In this document: positions 1 through 9,540 of the stretch, piece by piece
Layout of the letters: every line of letters begins with the position of its first letter
Position numbering within the stretch: the first letter of the stretch is position 1
Source of the DNA: Actinomycetota bacterium
Lineage (GTDB): Bacteria > Margulisbacteria > Marinamargulisbacteria > GCA-2716485 > GCA-002719695
Assembly: GCA_002697535.1 (NCBI GenBank)
Contig: NZWE01000023.1
Span: forward strand, 265 to 64,264
Reading direction: 5' to 3'
Length of the DNA stretch: 64,000 nucleotides
Translations under genes and position numbers: made by a program
The notes under the pieces: model-generated
What the model was told of the DNA's origin: nothing
What the model saw: the letters and a program-made list of their open reading frames with translations, nothing else
The model's database searches: none

Positions 1-109
1 TTTACTTTCTTGAAAAATCTGTTTTAGTTGTTCTGGCTTGTTTCCAGTGGTAAACTGATTAAACTTACTTATTTTAAGTTTGTCTTAAAATGTTTTTAGA
101 GGAGATTGT

Positions 110-1393
110 ATGAAGTTTGATGTTAAAACAGATGCTTATTTAGATGAATTAAAGCAAACAGATCAAGAAACATATCATATTTGTTTAGAAGAATTACGGC
201 GGCAACAAAATACTATTGAATTAATTGCTTCAGAAAATTTTACGTCTTTAGCTGTTATGCAAGCACAAGGGACTTGGTTAACTAATAAATATGCAGAAGG
301 GTTACCTTCTAAACGTTATTATGGGGGCTGTGAACATGTTGATAAAGTAGAACAATTAGCAATTGATCGTGCCAAACAACTTTTTTCAGCTGATCATGCT
401 AATGTTCAACCTCATTCTGGGGCTCAAGCTAATATGGCTGTTTTTTTTGCTTTGTTGCAACCAGGTGATACCATTATGGGAATGAGTTTAGCTCATGGAG
501 GGCATTTGTCTCATGGCTGTCCCGTTAATATTTCTGGTAAACATTACAATGTTGTTGAATACGGGGTTGATAAAGAAAAAGAACGTATTAATTATGATGA
601 ACTTGAAGAGTTAGCAAGGCTTCATAACCCTAAGTTAATCATAGCAGGTGCATCAGCTTATTCTCGTATCATTGATTTTGAAAGAATCGGTGAAATTGCT
701 AAGAGTGTAGGTGCTTATTTTCTTGTTGATATGGCTCATATTGCTGGGTTAGTTGCGGCTGGTTTACATCCTAGTCCTATAGAATATGCAGATGTTGTCA
801 CAACAACAACTCATAAAACACTTCGAGGTCCTCGTGGAGGATTGATTTTATGTAAAGAAGAACACGCTAAAATGATTGATAAAGCTGTTTTCCCAGGTAT
901 TCAAGGTGGTCCCTTAATGCATGTTATTGCAGCAAAAGCGGTTGCTTTTAAAGAAGCTTTAGAGGCTGACTTTAAACAGTATCAAGAACAAATTGTTGCT
1001 AATACTAAAGTAATTTCACAAACTTTGATTGAAAAGGGATTTCGTATCGTTTCTGGTGGGACTAATAACCATTTGGTTTTGGTTGACTTGCAACTTAAGT
1101 CTTTAACAGGAAAAAAAGCAGAAGAAATATTAGAGTCTGTTGGAATTACTTTAAATAAAAATGCTATTCCTTATGACCCAGAAAGTCCTTTTGTTACATC
1201 GGGTATTCGTATTGGTAGTGCGTCTGTAACTTCTCGTGGTATGAAAGAAACAGAAATGTGTCGTATTGCTCATATGATTTCGGATATTTTATCGGACCCT
1301 CAAGATAAAACAGTTTATAATAATATAAAACGTGATGTTCAGGCACTAACGGCTGAATTTCCCCTTTATCCAACCTTGGATCATTTGGTCTGA
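110..1393 (+). CDS. glyA: serine hydroxymethyltransferase
   Basis: 427-aa ORF that is SHMT-like along its full length, including the PLP-lysine motif '[16 protein letters not shown]'. A GGAG RBS lies just upstream of the ATG. Confidence 0.97.
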   Translation: MKFDVKTDAYLDELKQTDQETYHICLEELRRQQNTIELIASENFTSLAVMQAQGTWLTNKYAEGLPSKRYYGGCEHVDKVEQLAIDRAKQLFSADHANVQPHSGAQANMAVFFALLQPGDTIMGMSLAHGGHLSHGCPVNISGKHYNVVEYGVDKEKERINYDELEELARLHNPKLIIAGASAYSRIIDFERIGEIAKSVGAYFLVDMAHIAGLVAAGLHPSPIEYADVVTTTTHKTLRGPRGGLILCKEEHAKMIDKAVFPGIQGGPLMHVIAAKAVAFKEALEADFKQYQEQIVANTKVISQTLIEKGFRIVSGGTNNHLVLVDLQLKSLTGKKAEEILESVGITLNKNAIPYDPESPFVTSGIRIGSASVTSRGMKETEMCRIAHMISDILSDPQDKTVYNNIKRDVQALTAEFPLYPTLDHLV

Positions 1394-2229
1394 TGATTGG
1401 TTATTTAGGGCCTGTTGGAACGTTTACTCAGGCAGCGCTTCTTTCTTTTATCAAGTCTTATTCTGTTTCTGATGAACTTCAACCTTTTCCTAGTATTTAT
1501 GCTTTATTTGAAGCTTTAGCAGCTAAAACAATTTCAAAAGTATTTATTCCTATAGAAAATTCTCGTGGGGGTGAGGTGTTTGCTGCCTTTTCTGGTTTAA
1601 ATCATTTGGATGCTTCTTATTTTATTTCTAATGAGATTGTTTTTCCTATTAAACAGTCACTTATGGTATCTCGATCTTGTGATTTGAGTGATATTAAAAC
1701 GGTGTATGCCCATGAACAATCAACACGTCAGTGTAGTTTGTTTTTACATGAACATTTATCTCATGTTGAATTTGTTTTTGTAGCATCTAATGGTCTTGCA
1801 GCTGAGATGGTTCAACAATCTTCAGATTGTGTTGCATGTCTTGGGTATGAGGGGGCTGCTGATTTGTTTGATTTAGTTGTTTTACAGTCTAATGTTAATG
1901 ATGATGATTCCAATCAAACTCGTTTTGTTTTAATTTCTTCTGATCAACATCCTGTTTCAGGATCGGATAAAACTAGTTTTGTTTTTTCAACTCATAAAGA
2001 TAAGCCTGGTAGCTTGTGTTCTATTTTATCCCTTTTATCTGCGGAATCAATTAATTTGACACGTATATCATCTAAACCTATATCAAATGATTTAGGAGAG
2101 TATTTATTTTTTATTGATTGTGATGGACATATATTAGATGTGAAATTGCAATTATGTTTAAAAAAAATTGAAGATGAATGTTTATATTATAAGTTTTTAG
2201 GATCTTATCCAAAAGGAAAAATGATATGA
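1393..2229 (+). CDS. pheA: prephenate dehydratase (PDT domain plus C-terminal ACT domain)
   Basis: 278 aa with the 'NQTRFVLIS' (TRF) motif and an ACT-like C-terminus ('LTRISSKPI'). The start overlaps the glyA stop (TGATG). Confidence 0.85.
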   Translation: MIGYLGPVGTFTQAALLSFIKSYSVSDELQPFPSIYALFEALAAKTISKVFIPIENSRGGEVFAAFSGLNHLDASYFISNEIVFPIKQSLMVSRSCDLSDIKTVYAHEQSTRQCSLFLHEHLSHVEFVFVASNGLAAEMVQQSSDCVACLGYEGAADLFDLVVLQSNVNDDDSNQTRFVLISSDQHPVSGSDKTSFVFSTHKDKPGSLCSILSLLSAESINLTRISSKPISNDLGEYLFFIDCDGHILDVKLQLCLKKIEDECLYYKFLGSYPKGKMI

Positions 2230-3473
2230 TTGATGCCAAGATAATTCGTGATAATTCAACGGATCTTAGACAGGCTTTGGTTCATAGAGGTAGCGATAGT
2301 ACCTTACTAGATGAATTTTTGGTTGCTGATAAAAAATGGCGAGAAGCTTTGCAGATGATTGATGCATTAAAAATGAAACGTAATCAATTAACCCCTAAAG
2401 GAAAACCAACTCCTGATCAATTGTTATCATTGAAGGAATTAGCAGATTCTATTAAAAAAGAACAAGAAGCTGTTAGCGCTTTAGAGGAAACTGCTTCTAT
2501 ATTGGCACGTCAATTGCCTAATATTCCTCTTTCAGATGTTCCAGTTGGTTCTTCTGAAGATGATAATGTTGTTATCGATACGATTGGTGATGTTCCCTCG
2601 TTTTCATTTCAAACTCAGTCTCATGATGAGTTGGGTATTAGTCGTGGTATTTTGAATTTTGATCAGGCTTCTACCTTAACAGGATCTCGTTTTGTTGTTG
2701 GCCATGATAAGGGAGCTCAATTAGAACGAGCGCTTATTAATTTTATGTTGGATGTTCATACTACAAATCATGGGTATAAAGAGGTTCAAGTTCCCGTTGT
2801 TGTTAATTCACAGTCTTTGTTTGGGACAGGACAACTTCCTAAATTTGGATCAGATTTATTTAAGTTAGAAGATACAGATTATTGGCTTTCTCCAACAGCA
2901 GAGGTTCAGTTAACAAACTTGTTTCATGATCATATTTTTCAAGCTGATCAGTTACCTATTTGTGTGACTGCAGCGACAGCTTGTTTTCGTAAAGAAGCGG
3001 GTTCTTATGGAAAAGATGTGCGTGGTATTATTCGACAACATCAGTTTAATAAGGTTGAATTAGTTCATATAGTACATCCAGAAGAGTCTCATCAAGAATT
3101 GCTTAAATTACGTCAACATGCGGAATCTATTTTAAAATTATTAAAGTTACCTTACCGAGTTGTTGAATTATGTACAGCTGATTTAGGGTTTAGTTCTGCT
3201 AAAACTTTTGACCTTGAAGTATGGTTTCCTTCTCAAAATGTATATCGTGAAATATCATCTTGTTCTAATTTTCTTGATTTTCAATCACGTCGGTCTATGA
3301 TAAGATATAAGCAGGAAAATGGGGCAAAAGTGAATTATGTTCATACATTGAATGGATCAGGTTTAGCAGTAGGTAGAACTCTAGCTGCTATTTTAGAAAA
3401 CTATCAGCAGGAAGATGGATCGATTATTGTTCCTGATGTTTTAAAAAATTATGTAAGGTTTGATAGCTTATGA
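2226..3473 (+). CDS. serS: seryl-tRNA synthetase
   Basis: 415 aa with an N-terminal coiled-coil arm and class II motifs ('FRKEAGSYGKD', 'GSGLAVGRTLAAILENYQ'). ATGA overlap with pheA. Confidence 0.97.
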   Translation: MIDAKIIRDNSTDLRQALVHRGSDSTLLDEFLVADKKWREALQMIDALKMKRNQLTPKGKPTPDQLLSLKELADSIKKEQEAVSALEETASILARQLPNIPLSDVPVGSSEDDNVVIDTIGDVPSFSFQTQSHDELGISRGILNFDQASTLTGSRFVVGHDKGAQLERALINFMLDVHTTNHGYKEVQVPVVVNSQSLFGTGQLPKFGSDLFKLEDTDYWLSPTAEVQLTNLFHDHIFQADQLPICVTAATACFRKEAGSYGKDVRGIIRQHQFNKVELVHIVHPEESHQELLKLRQHAESILKLLKLPYRVVELCTADLGFSSAKTFDLEVWFPSQNVYREISSCSNFLDFQSRRSMIRYKQENGAKVNYVHTLNGSGLAVGRTLAAILENYQQEDGSIIVPDVLKNYVRFDSL

Positions 3474-3745
3474 TTAAAAATGATAATTATATTAAATTTT
3501 TTAAAGCATTGGCTAATGAAGAACGTATTGAAATTATTAAATTATTGAAAAAAAATGGTGAAATGTTTGCTCAGGATATTGAAAAACATTTTTATTTAGA
3601 GCAATCAACGACATCTCATCACCTTAATATGTTAAAAAAAGCAGGTATAACAAAATCTAGAAAAGATGGTAGAAAAGTGTTCTATTCTATTGATATTAAT
3701 TCTATTAAATTAATATTAGATTCTTTTGATACGATTGTTTTTTAA
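3470..3745 (+). CDS. ArsR/SmtB-family winged-helix transcriptional regulator (no cysteines)
   Basis: 91 aa. 'FKALANEERIEIIKLL' and 'STTSHHLNMLKKAGI' match the ArsR HTH pattern. The protein contains no Cys. ATGA overlap with the serS stop. Confidence 0.8.
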   Translation: MIKNDNYIKFFKALANEERIEIIKLLKKNGEMFAQDIEKHFYLEQSTTSHHLNMLKKAGITKSRKDGRKVFYSIDINSIKLILDSFDTIVF

Positions 3746-3785
3746 GATACATGTTTGGATGCTTTTTTGTCGTTATTATGAGTAG

Positions 3786-4091
3786 ATGATGAACAAAGAA
3801 GAGTTAGATTTAGATAATGATTTAGATGACTTATTTGAGCCAACTCAAATTGAAAAAAACATTCAGTTTGAGACGCTGTATAAGTGTATGATGCCTCATT
3901 TAAAAAATAATTATTCTGAACTTGTTGCTGCACATTTATTATTGATTCTTAAATTAGAGGGTGTGATTGGAGAGTCTATTACGGATAAGGATATGGAAAT
4001 GATTGAAGATATGAAACAGAAAATTTTTGATGATAGTGATTTATCTAAAGAAGTTTTAAGGGTTATTAACTCTGTTAAGGGAAAAAAGTAA
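3786..4091 (+). CDS. hypothetical acidic protein
   Basis: 101-aa ORF rich in D/E with no recognisable motif. It sits co-directionally after the ArsR gene. Confidence 0.5.
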   Translation: MMNKEELDLDNDLDDLFEPTQIEKNIQFETLYKCMMPHLKNNYSELVAAHLLLILKLEGVIGESITDKDMEMIEDMKQKIFDDSDLSKEVLRVINSVKGKK

Positions 4092-4237
4092 TGTTAGAAC
4101 GTAGTTTTGAGTTTTTACAGTACCCTGAATCAAATGAAGTATTTGATTCTGCTTGTGATCTTTTGAGGACCATGAACCCACATCTATTAGATCAATTTGA
4201 AATGGTTTTTAATGAAATTGATTCAAGATGGAAATAA
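4091..4237 (+). CDS. hypothetical small protein (48 aa, below the ORF-track cutoff)
   Basis: I read this directly from the sequence. ATG at 4091 overlaps the preceding TAA (TAATG), and the frame stays open to TAA at 4235-4237. Translation: MLERSFEFLQYPESNEVFDSACDLLRTMNPHLLDQFEMVFNEIDSRWK. Confidence 0.3.
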   Translation: MLERSFEFLQYPESNEVFDSACDLLRTMNPHLLDQFEMVFNEIDSRWK

Positions 4238-4247
4238 TACGTTTAGG

Positions 4248-5072
4248 TTAGAGATATTTTTTTGCTAGTAAATTTGTGAATGCATGATTTAGTTGATGTC
4301 CTGATTTTATTCCTGTTATATGTCCCAGGATAGGTCTGTTTAATACCCAACAATCTCCAATTAAATCTAATAATTTATGCCTAGCACATTCATTTTTGAA
4401 TCGTGGTTCGTTAATGTAATCATTGTCTCCAATTACCAGGGCGTTATCCAAACTACCTCCTTTGGCTAAGCCTTGTTTAATGAGATATTGAACTTCTTTT
4501 TCAAATCCATAGGTTCTAGCTGCTGCAATTTCGGTTATATAATTTTTTGTCGATAGTTCAATGGTGTGTGATTGAGATTGAATCACTGGATGGTTATATG
4601 ATAGATAGTAACTATATAATGTTGATTCCGCGGGCGTTGCTATAATACACGCGCTATCTTCCCATATTGTAAGTGGTTCTTTGATGATAATTGGTAATAA
4701 TGATTTTGATGGAATTGGTTTTAGGGCTGTACTTTGCAATATGTTACAAAATTCTTTGGCGCTACCATCTAAAATAGGTATTTCATCGCCATCTATTTCT
4801 ATATTAAGGCTGGTAATTCCAAAGGCTGCACAAGCGGATAAAAAATGTTCGGTTGTTGTTATATTAGCGGTTTCGTTTTTAAATTGTGTTGCTCGATTAT
4901 GAGTTTGTGCTAAGTTTTCAATAGTAAGCTCCAATGTAGGTGTTTTTTCTTTTATATTGCTAATGCTAATGATGCCTTTATCGCTTGGATGACAGGTCAT
5001 GGTTATTATCTCACCAGAATGAATCCCAATCCCTTTTATTGTAATAGATGTAGCGAGTGTTTGATGTATCAT
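4248..5072 (-). CDS. lpxC: UDP-3-O-acyl-N-acetylglucosamine deacetylase
   Basis: Carries LpxC motifs 'TIKGIGIHSG', 'TTEHFLSA', 'HKLLDLIGD' and 'GHQLNH'. I moved the start to the Met of 'MIHQTLATS' (ATG at 5072), which forms an ATGA overlap with the aroK stop. The track ORF extends to 5150. Confidence 0.92.
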   Translation of the reverse strand: MIHQTLATSITIKGIGIHSGEIITMTCHPSDKGIISISNIKEKTPTLELTIENLAQTHNRATQFKNETANITTTEHFLSACAAFGITSLNIEIDGDEIPILDGSAKEFCNILQSTALKPIPSKSLLPIIIKEPLTIWEDSACIIATPAESTLYSYYLSYNHPVIQSQSHTIELSTKNYITEIAAARTYGFEKEVQYLIKQGLAKGGSLDNALVIGDNDYINEPRFKNECARHKLLDLIGDCWVLNRPILGHITGIKSGHQLNHAFTNLLAKKYL

Positions 5073-5575
5073 AGTATTTCTTTTTCTATGATTGATAAAA
5101 TGCTTGGTATTGAAAATTTTTTGGGATATGTAATAGTGATGTCGCTCCATTTGTCATATAAGAGAAGGCGTTCATTGTATACATCTTCTAGGGTTTTATT
5201 TCCATTCATTACAATACCGCGTTGATCAAAATCTTTGATTCGATTTTTTATATTTGCTAAAGAATCGTTAAGATAAATAATGGTGCAATGATTTTTTAAA
5301 TGGGTCATTGCTTTATCACAGTAAATTAGACTGCCTCCTGTCGCAATAATGATTTTTTCTGGAAAGGATAATTCTAATACTACGGTTTCTTCTAATTCTA
5401 AAAATGATTTTTCAGTTTTTGTTTTTAAATAATTTTTTATTGATATTGGAATTTTAGATTCAATTAAAGTGTCAGTATCTAAAAAAGGAAGCTGATATTT
5501 TTTTGCCAATAGATTTCCAAAACTTGATTTTCCAATACCAGACATTCCAACAAAGCAAATTCGTTTATGTTTCAT
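5069..5575 (-). CDS. aroK: shikimate kinase
   Basis: Walker A 'GMSGIGKSS' followed by 'LPFLDTD'; size and layout are typical of AroK. The start is probably 'MKHKRICFVG' (5575). The longest ORF starts at 5614. Confidence 0.85.
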   Translation of the reverse strand: MKHKRICFVGMSGIGKSSFGNLLAKKYQLPFLDTDTLIESKIPISIKNYLKTKTEKSFLELEETVVLELSFPEKIIIATGGSLIYCDKAMTHLKNHCTIIYLNDSLANIKNRIKDFDQRGIVMNGNKTLEDVYNERLLLYDKWSDITITYPKKFSIPSILSIIEKEIL

Positions 5576-5672
5576 GGTATTACTATAATTACTTTTAGAG
5601 TTTAGGTCTATCATTAGAATTCTTTAGGTGCTTGGTGTATACTATTTTTTTTACATTTAGGAGTGAATAGTT

Positions 5673-6050
5673 ATGGATATTATAGATACTGAGTTAGCTG
5701 CAAAACCATTGGGACATTACTCTCAAGCCATTGTTCATAATGGATTAGTTTATGTTTCAGGACAATTACCGATTGATCCTAATGATGAATCACGGTTTTT
5801 AGAAACCGTTGAAGATCAAACGTTGCAAACATTAAAAAATGTTCAGGCTGTTTTAGCCGCAGCTAACAGTGATAAATCACTTGTTCTAAAGGCAACGGTT
5901 TATATTTCGGATATTTCAATTTGGGCACAGGTTAATCAAGTATATACTTCCTTTTTTGGAGATCATCTTCCTGCTCGATCTGCTGTTCCAACTAAAAATC
6001 TTCCTAAGGGATATTTGGTTGAGATTGATGTTATTGCTGCTCAGAAATAA
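5673..6050 (+). CDS. ridA: RidA/YjgF-family reactive-intermediate deaminase
   Basis: 125 aa with 'GHYSQAIVHNGLVYVSGQLPIDP' and 'ARSAVPTKNLPKGYLVEIDVIA', typical of YjgF/RidA. Confidence 0.9.
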   Translation: MDIIDTELAAKPLGHYSQAIVHNGLVYVSGQLPIDPNDESRFLETVEDQTLQTLKNVQAVLAAANSDKSLVLKATVYISDISIWAQVNQVYTSFFGDHLPARSAVPTKNLPKGYLVEIDVIAAQK

Positions 6051-6489
6051 CGTTTAGTTTAAATTTTTTGTTCTTTTTGATCATATGTTTTTTGATTGTT
6101 CCTGCATTTAGTTCAATCACATAATTTGCTTTTTGCGAACATGTAATTGGAGTTGTATCAAAGGGAATAGCATCTTCTTTTGTACAAATAACTTTGAATT
6201 TTTCATTTAACCATATCATGTCTAATGAAATATAAGTGTTTTTCATCCACATACTGATATATTGTTTTTTTTCCCAGGAAAAAATCATTCCTTGATTATC
6301 TTTTAAACTTCTTTTGTACATTAATCCTTTTGTTCGTTTTTTAACTGTATTAGCATGTTCCAGATTGAAACATATTGTTTTTTTGTAGCAAGCCTTGATA
6401 TATGAGGCTTCAAGTAAATGGGGCTTAGATGCTATTACATAGGTTGGATATATAATTATTGTTATGAGTACCCAACTTAAATAATTCAA
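6031..6489 (-). CDS. DUF192-like exported protein
   Basis: 152 aa with an N-terminal hydrophobic segment. 'GLMYKRSLKDNQGMIF..MWMKNTYISLDMIWL' resembles the DUF192 (COG1430) pattern. Its 3' end overlaps the ridA 3' end by 20 nt (convergent). Confidence 0.6.
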   Translation of the reverse strand: MNYLSWVLITIIIYPTYVIASKPHLLEASYIKACYKKTICFNLEHANTVKKRTKGLMYKRSLKDNQGMIFSWEKKQYISMWMKNTYISLDMIWLNEKFKVICTKEDAIPFDTTPITCSQKANYVIELNAGTIKKHMIKKNKKFKLNVISEQQ

Positions 6490-6753
6490 TTATGCTTTTG
6501 ATTTATTTAGCTTTTTTGATAACGATGATTTTTTTCTAGCAGCTGAGTTTTTGTGGATAATACCTTTACTTGCGGTTTTATCGATTTGTTTTAAAGCGTT
6601 TCGTACTATTGTTACGGTTTCTTTATCATTGCTTTCAATGGCTGATTCTGCATTTTTGATGCGTGTTTTCATTAATGATTTGAAATGAGTGTTTCTTAAA
6701 TTATTTCTTTTATTTGTTAAAATATCTTTCTTTGCTGCTTTTTTATTTGCCAT
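6490..6753 (-). CDS. rpsT: 30S ribosomal protein S20
   Basis: 87-aa, highly basic protein. 'MANKKAAKKDI..KRN..N' is the typical bS20 N-terminus. Confidence 0.9.
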   Translation of the reverse strand: MANKKAAKKDILTNKRNNLRNTHFKSLMKTRIKNAESAIESNDKETVTIVRNALKQIDKTASKGIIHKNSAARKKSSLSKKLNKSKA

Positions 6754-6770
6754 TATTTGACCTCTTTAGA

Positions 6771-6799
6771 TTGACTTTTGCTATATAATTTTTTAAACT
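6771..6799 (+). promoter_or_regulatory. candidate sigma70-type promoter for accD-accA
   Basis: TTGACT (6771-6776), a 17-nt spacer, then TAAACT (6794-6799), 34 nt upstream of the accD ATG. Confidence 0.3.
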
Positions 6800-6832
6800 A
6801 GCTAAAAGGATTTTACAGATATAGTTTTGCGT

Positions 6833-7699
6833 ATGTCAATATTAGATTGGTTTGAAAAGAAGAAAAAGAACGTTAAGTCTACTGATAAACTTAACATTCC
6901 TGGTAATCTTTGGCTTAAATGTCCAAAGTGTGCTGAAGTGTCGTTTCGGAAAGATTTAGAAAATAATATGATGGTTTGCTTGTCATGTAAGCATCATTTT
7001 CGTATTTCTCCAAAACAACGGATTGATTATACATTTGATTCAGATTCGTTTACTGAATATGATGTTGATCTTGAACCTACTGATTTTTTAGATTTTGTTG
7101 ATACAGAACCTTATTTAAAACGAATTCAAAAGACTAAGAAGAAAACAGATAAGCATGAAGCTATTGTTACGGGTACCGCAAAACTTAATGGGATGCAGGT
7201 TAATGTTGGTATTATGGATTTCGCTTATATGGGAGGTTCTATGGGAGCTGTTGTTGGTGAAAAATTAACTCGGTTAATTGAGAAATCAGTTGTAGATAAA
7301 TTACCTCTTATTGTGTTTACGATGTCGGGTGGGGCACGCATGCAAGAAGGTATTGTTAGTTTGATGCAAATGGCTAAAACATCAGCTGCTTTGGCTCGAT
7401 TAAATCAAGAACGAGTTCTTTATGTTTCAGTATTATGTGATCCTACTACGGGCGGAACATCAGCTAGTTTTGCTATGTTAGGTGATGTTCAAATTGCTGA
7501 GCCTGGGGCTCTTATTTCGTTTGCCGGGCCACGTGTTATTGAACAAACTATTAAACAAAAGTTGCCAGCAGGATTTCAAAGGGCTGAGTTTTTACTAGAA
7601 CATGGTATGGTGGATATGGTGGTTGAACGAAAGAAAATGAGGGATATGCTAATTAATATTGTGTCTATTTTAGATTTTAATGAGGATAGTTATGGCTAA
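6833..7699 (+). CDS. accD: acetyl-CoA carboxylase carboxyltransferase beta subunit
   Basis: N-terminal C4 zinc ribbon 'CPKCAEV..CLSCKHH' followed by a carboxyltransferase domain ('GGSMGAVVGEK', 'SGGARMQEG'). I chose ATG at 6833; the track uses TTG at 6827. Confidence 0.95.
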   Translation: MSILDWFEKKKKNVKSTDKLNIPGNLWLKCPKCAEVSFRKDLENNMMVCLSCKHHFRISPKQRIDYTFDSDSFTEYDVDLEPTDFLDFVDTEPYLKRIQKTKKKTDKHEAIVTGTAKLNGMQVNVGIMDFAYMGGSMGAVVGEKLTRLIEKSVVDKLPLIVFTMSGGARMQEGIVSLMQMAKTSAALARLNQERVLYVSVLCDPTTGGTSASFAMLGDVQIAEPGALISFAGPRVIEQTIKQKLPAGFQRAEFLLEHGMVDMVVERKKMRDMLINIVSILDFNEDSYG

Positions 7700-8648
7700 A
7701 TTATTAGATTTTGAAGAACCTATAAAAGAGTTATATGATCAAATTGATCAATTAAAATTGTTGTCAAAAGATGGCAAGCTTGATTTGGATGCTGAAATTA
7801 ATAAAATTGAACAACGTGCTGAATCATTAAAAAAAGAGATTTTTTCTGATTTAACACCTCATCAAATTGTACAAATTGCAAGACATCCTAATCGTCCTGA
7901 TACAACGAGTTTAGCACGTCTTATTTGTGATAGATTTACACAGTTATCTGGAGATCGTTTGTATCGAGATGATCCTTCTATTATTGGTGGGATTGGCTTA
8001 ATTGGTGGTCAGCGAATTATGTTAATTGGACATCAAAAAGGTCATGATACAAAAGAAAATATTTATCGTAATTTTGGAATGCCTCATCCTGAAGGGTATC
8101 GAAAAGCGTTACGTTTAATGAGATTAGCTGAAAAATTTGGTGTTCCTATTATTACTTTTATTGATACACCAGGTGCTTATCCTGGTTTAGAAGCTGAAGA
8201 ACGCGGTCAGGCTGAAGCTATCGCGAGAAATTTACGTGAAATGGTAGGTATCAAAGTTCCTATTGTTAGTATTGTCATTGGGGAAGGAGGATCCGGAGGG
8301 GCGTTAGCTATTGGGGTTTCGGATTGTATTTTTATGATGCAATATTCGGTGTATTCCGTTATTTCTCCAGAAGGATGTGCTTCGATTTTATTTCGTGATG
8401 CTAAAAAATCTGAAGATGCATCTAAAAGTTTAAAGTTAACGGCACCTGATGTTGTTAGATTAGGTGTAGCTGATCAAATTATTGAAGAACCTTTAGGTGG
8501 TTCTCATAATAATTGGGAAGATACAGCTTCTATCATGAAAAAGAATTTGTTAGAAACCATTAACCAATTAGTTAAAAAAGATCAGGAAACCTTGATTCAA
8601 GATCGTTATGCTAAGTTTCGTAAAATTGGAAGTTTTATAACTAGCTAG
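7692..8648 (+). CDS. accA: acetyl-CoA carboxylase carboxyltransferase alpha subunit
   Basis: Motifs 'LDFEEPI', 'RHPNRP', 'FIDTPGAYPG' and 'GEGGSGGALA'. The start is probably 'MAKLLDFEEP' (7692). The longest ORF starts at 7680. Confidence 0.95.
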   Translation: MAKLLDFEEPIKELYDQIDQLKLLSKDGKLDLDAEINKIEQRAESLKKEIFSDLTPHQIVQIARHPNRPDTTSLARLICDRFTQLSGDRLYRDDPSIIGGIGLIGGQRIMLIGHQKGHDTKENIYRNFGMPHPEGYRKALRLMRLAEKFGVPIITFIDTPGAYPGLEAEERGQAEAIARNLREMVGIKVPIVSIVIGEGGSGGALAIGVSDCIFMMQYSVYSVISPEGCASILFRDAKKSEDASKSLKLTAPDVVRLGVADQIIEEPLGGSHNNWEDTASIMKKNLLETINQLVKKDQETLIQDRYAKFRKIGSFITS

Positions 8649-9540
8649 GGGGTTGTTTATATAATTTAGCTAGTATCGGACTTGCTATACATAAGGATGA
8701 ATAGGTTCCACTTAAAATACCAATGGCTAAAATAATACAAAACTCTTGAATCGTTTTTCCACCAAATAGAATTAAGGCTGATATTACCATTAAGGTTGTA
8801 ATTGATGTGTTTAAGGTTCGTTGAAGTGTTTGATTAAGCGATGTGTTTGTTAGTTCATTAATATTACCTGAAACATAATTTTCTGTTTTTTCTCTAATTC
8901 GATCAAAAATAACGATGGTATCATTGATGGAATAACCTAAGATGGTTAATAGTGCTGCTATAAAGGCAATATTTATTTCTAAATTTAAAATAGATGTAAA
9001 GCTAAATATAATTAGACCATCATGTAATAAGGCTAATATTGCGGCTAAACCAAAGCTCAGTTGAAATCGAAGTGTAATATATAATAGCAAGGCGCCTGTT
9101 ACAAATATGATAATTAAGAAGGCTTGCTTTTGGAGAGATTTTCCAATACTTGGTCCAATAAAATCTATTTCTAATACTTCTATTGGGCCTACATTTTTTC
9201 GAATATTATTTAAAATTTCTGTTGTTTTGTTTTTTTCAATTGCAATGGTTTTAATATACACTTCATTATTATTTGAAAATTGTATTTGACTATTTTCTAA
9301 CTTATATTGAGCTAATGCATTACGAATGGATGTTAGGGTGCTAATTGAGTAGTTTTCAGTATTAGCATTGGCTAATTTTAAATGGAAGGTATTCCCTCCT
9401 ATAAAATCAATTCCAAAATTTAAAATAGGTTTTGCTTGAAAGAACCGTACTGTCATTAACGATATCCCAATGATAATGATTGTAATACTTATCATTAGCC
9501 AAAAATTCTTTTTTTCTACAAATTTAAATGATGTATTCAT
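8641..9540 (-). CDS. secF: protein translocase subunit SecF
   Basis: 299-aa polytopic protein. 'GIDFIGG' and 'GYSINDTIVIFDRIRE' are typical of SecF. ATGA overlap with secD. Confidence 0.92.
   Translation of the reverse strand: MNTSFKFVEKKNFWLMISITIIIIGISLMTVRFFQAKPILNFGIDFIGGNTFHLKLANANTENYSISTLTSIRNALAQYKLENSQIQFSNNNEVYIKTIAIEKNKTTEILNNIRKNVGPIEVLEIDFIGPSIGKSLQKQAFLIIIFVTGALLLYITLRFQLSFGLAAILALLHDGLIIFSFTSILNLEINIAFIAALLTILGYSINDTIVIFDRIREKTENYVSGNINELTNTSLNQTLQRTLNTSITTLMVISALILFGGKTIQEFCIILAIGILSGTYSSLCIASPILAKLYKQPPS

Noticed and set aside
1-53. Open frame running off the 5' edge (…YFLEKSVLVVLACFQW*), a possible 3' end of an upstream gene.
   Set aside because: Only 17 codons are visible, so there is nothing to identify or support a call.
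3742-3933. 63-aa - strand ORF overlapping the 101-aa + strand ORF.
   Set aside because: The + strand ORF is longer, co-directional with the operon, and coupled to a downstream ORF. The - strand ORF has no RBS or motif. Neither is strongly supported, and I kept only the + strand one.
5073-5150. 26-residue N-terminal extension of the lpxC ORF. Similar extensions occur on aroK (5576-5614), mdh (43836-43874), sdhB (50048-50086), the JAMM gene (40922-40975), accA (7680-7691) and SCO1 (27216-27281).
   Set aside because: The extensions overlap upstream genes, lack homology to the family N-termini, and better-placed ATGs with an RBS or stop-start coupling exist.
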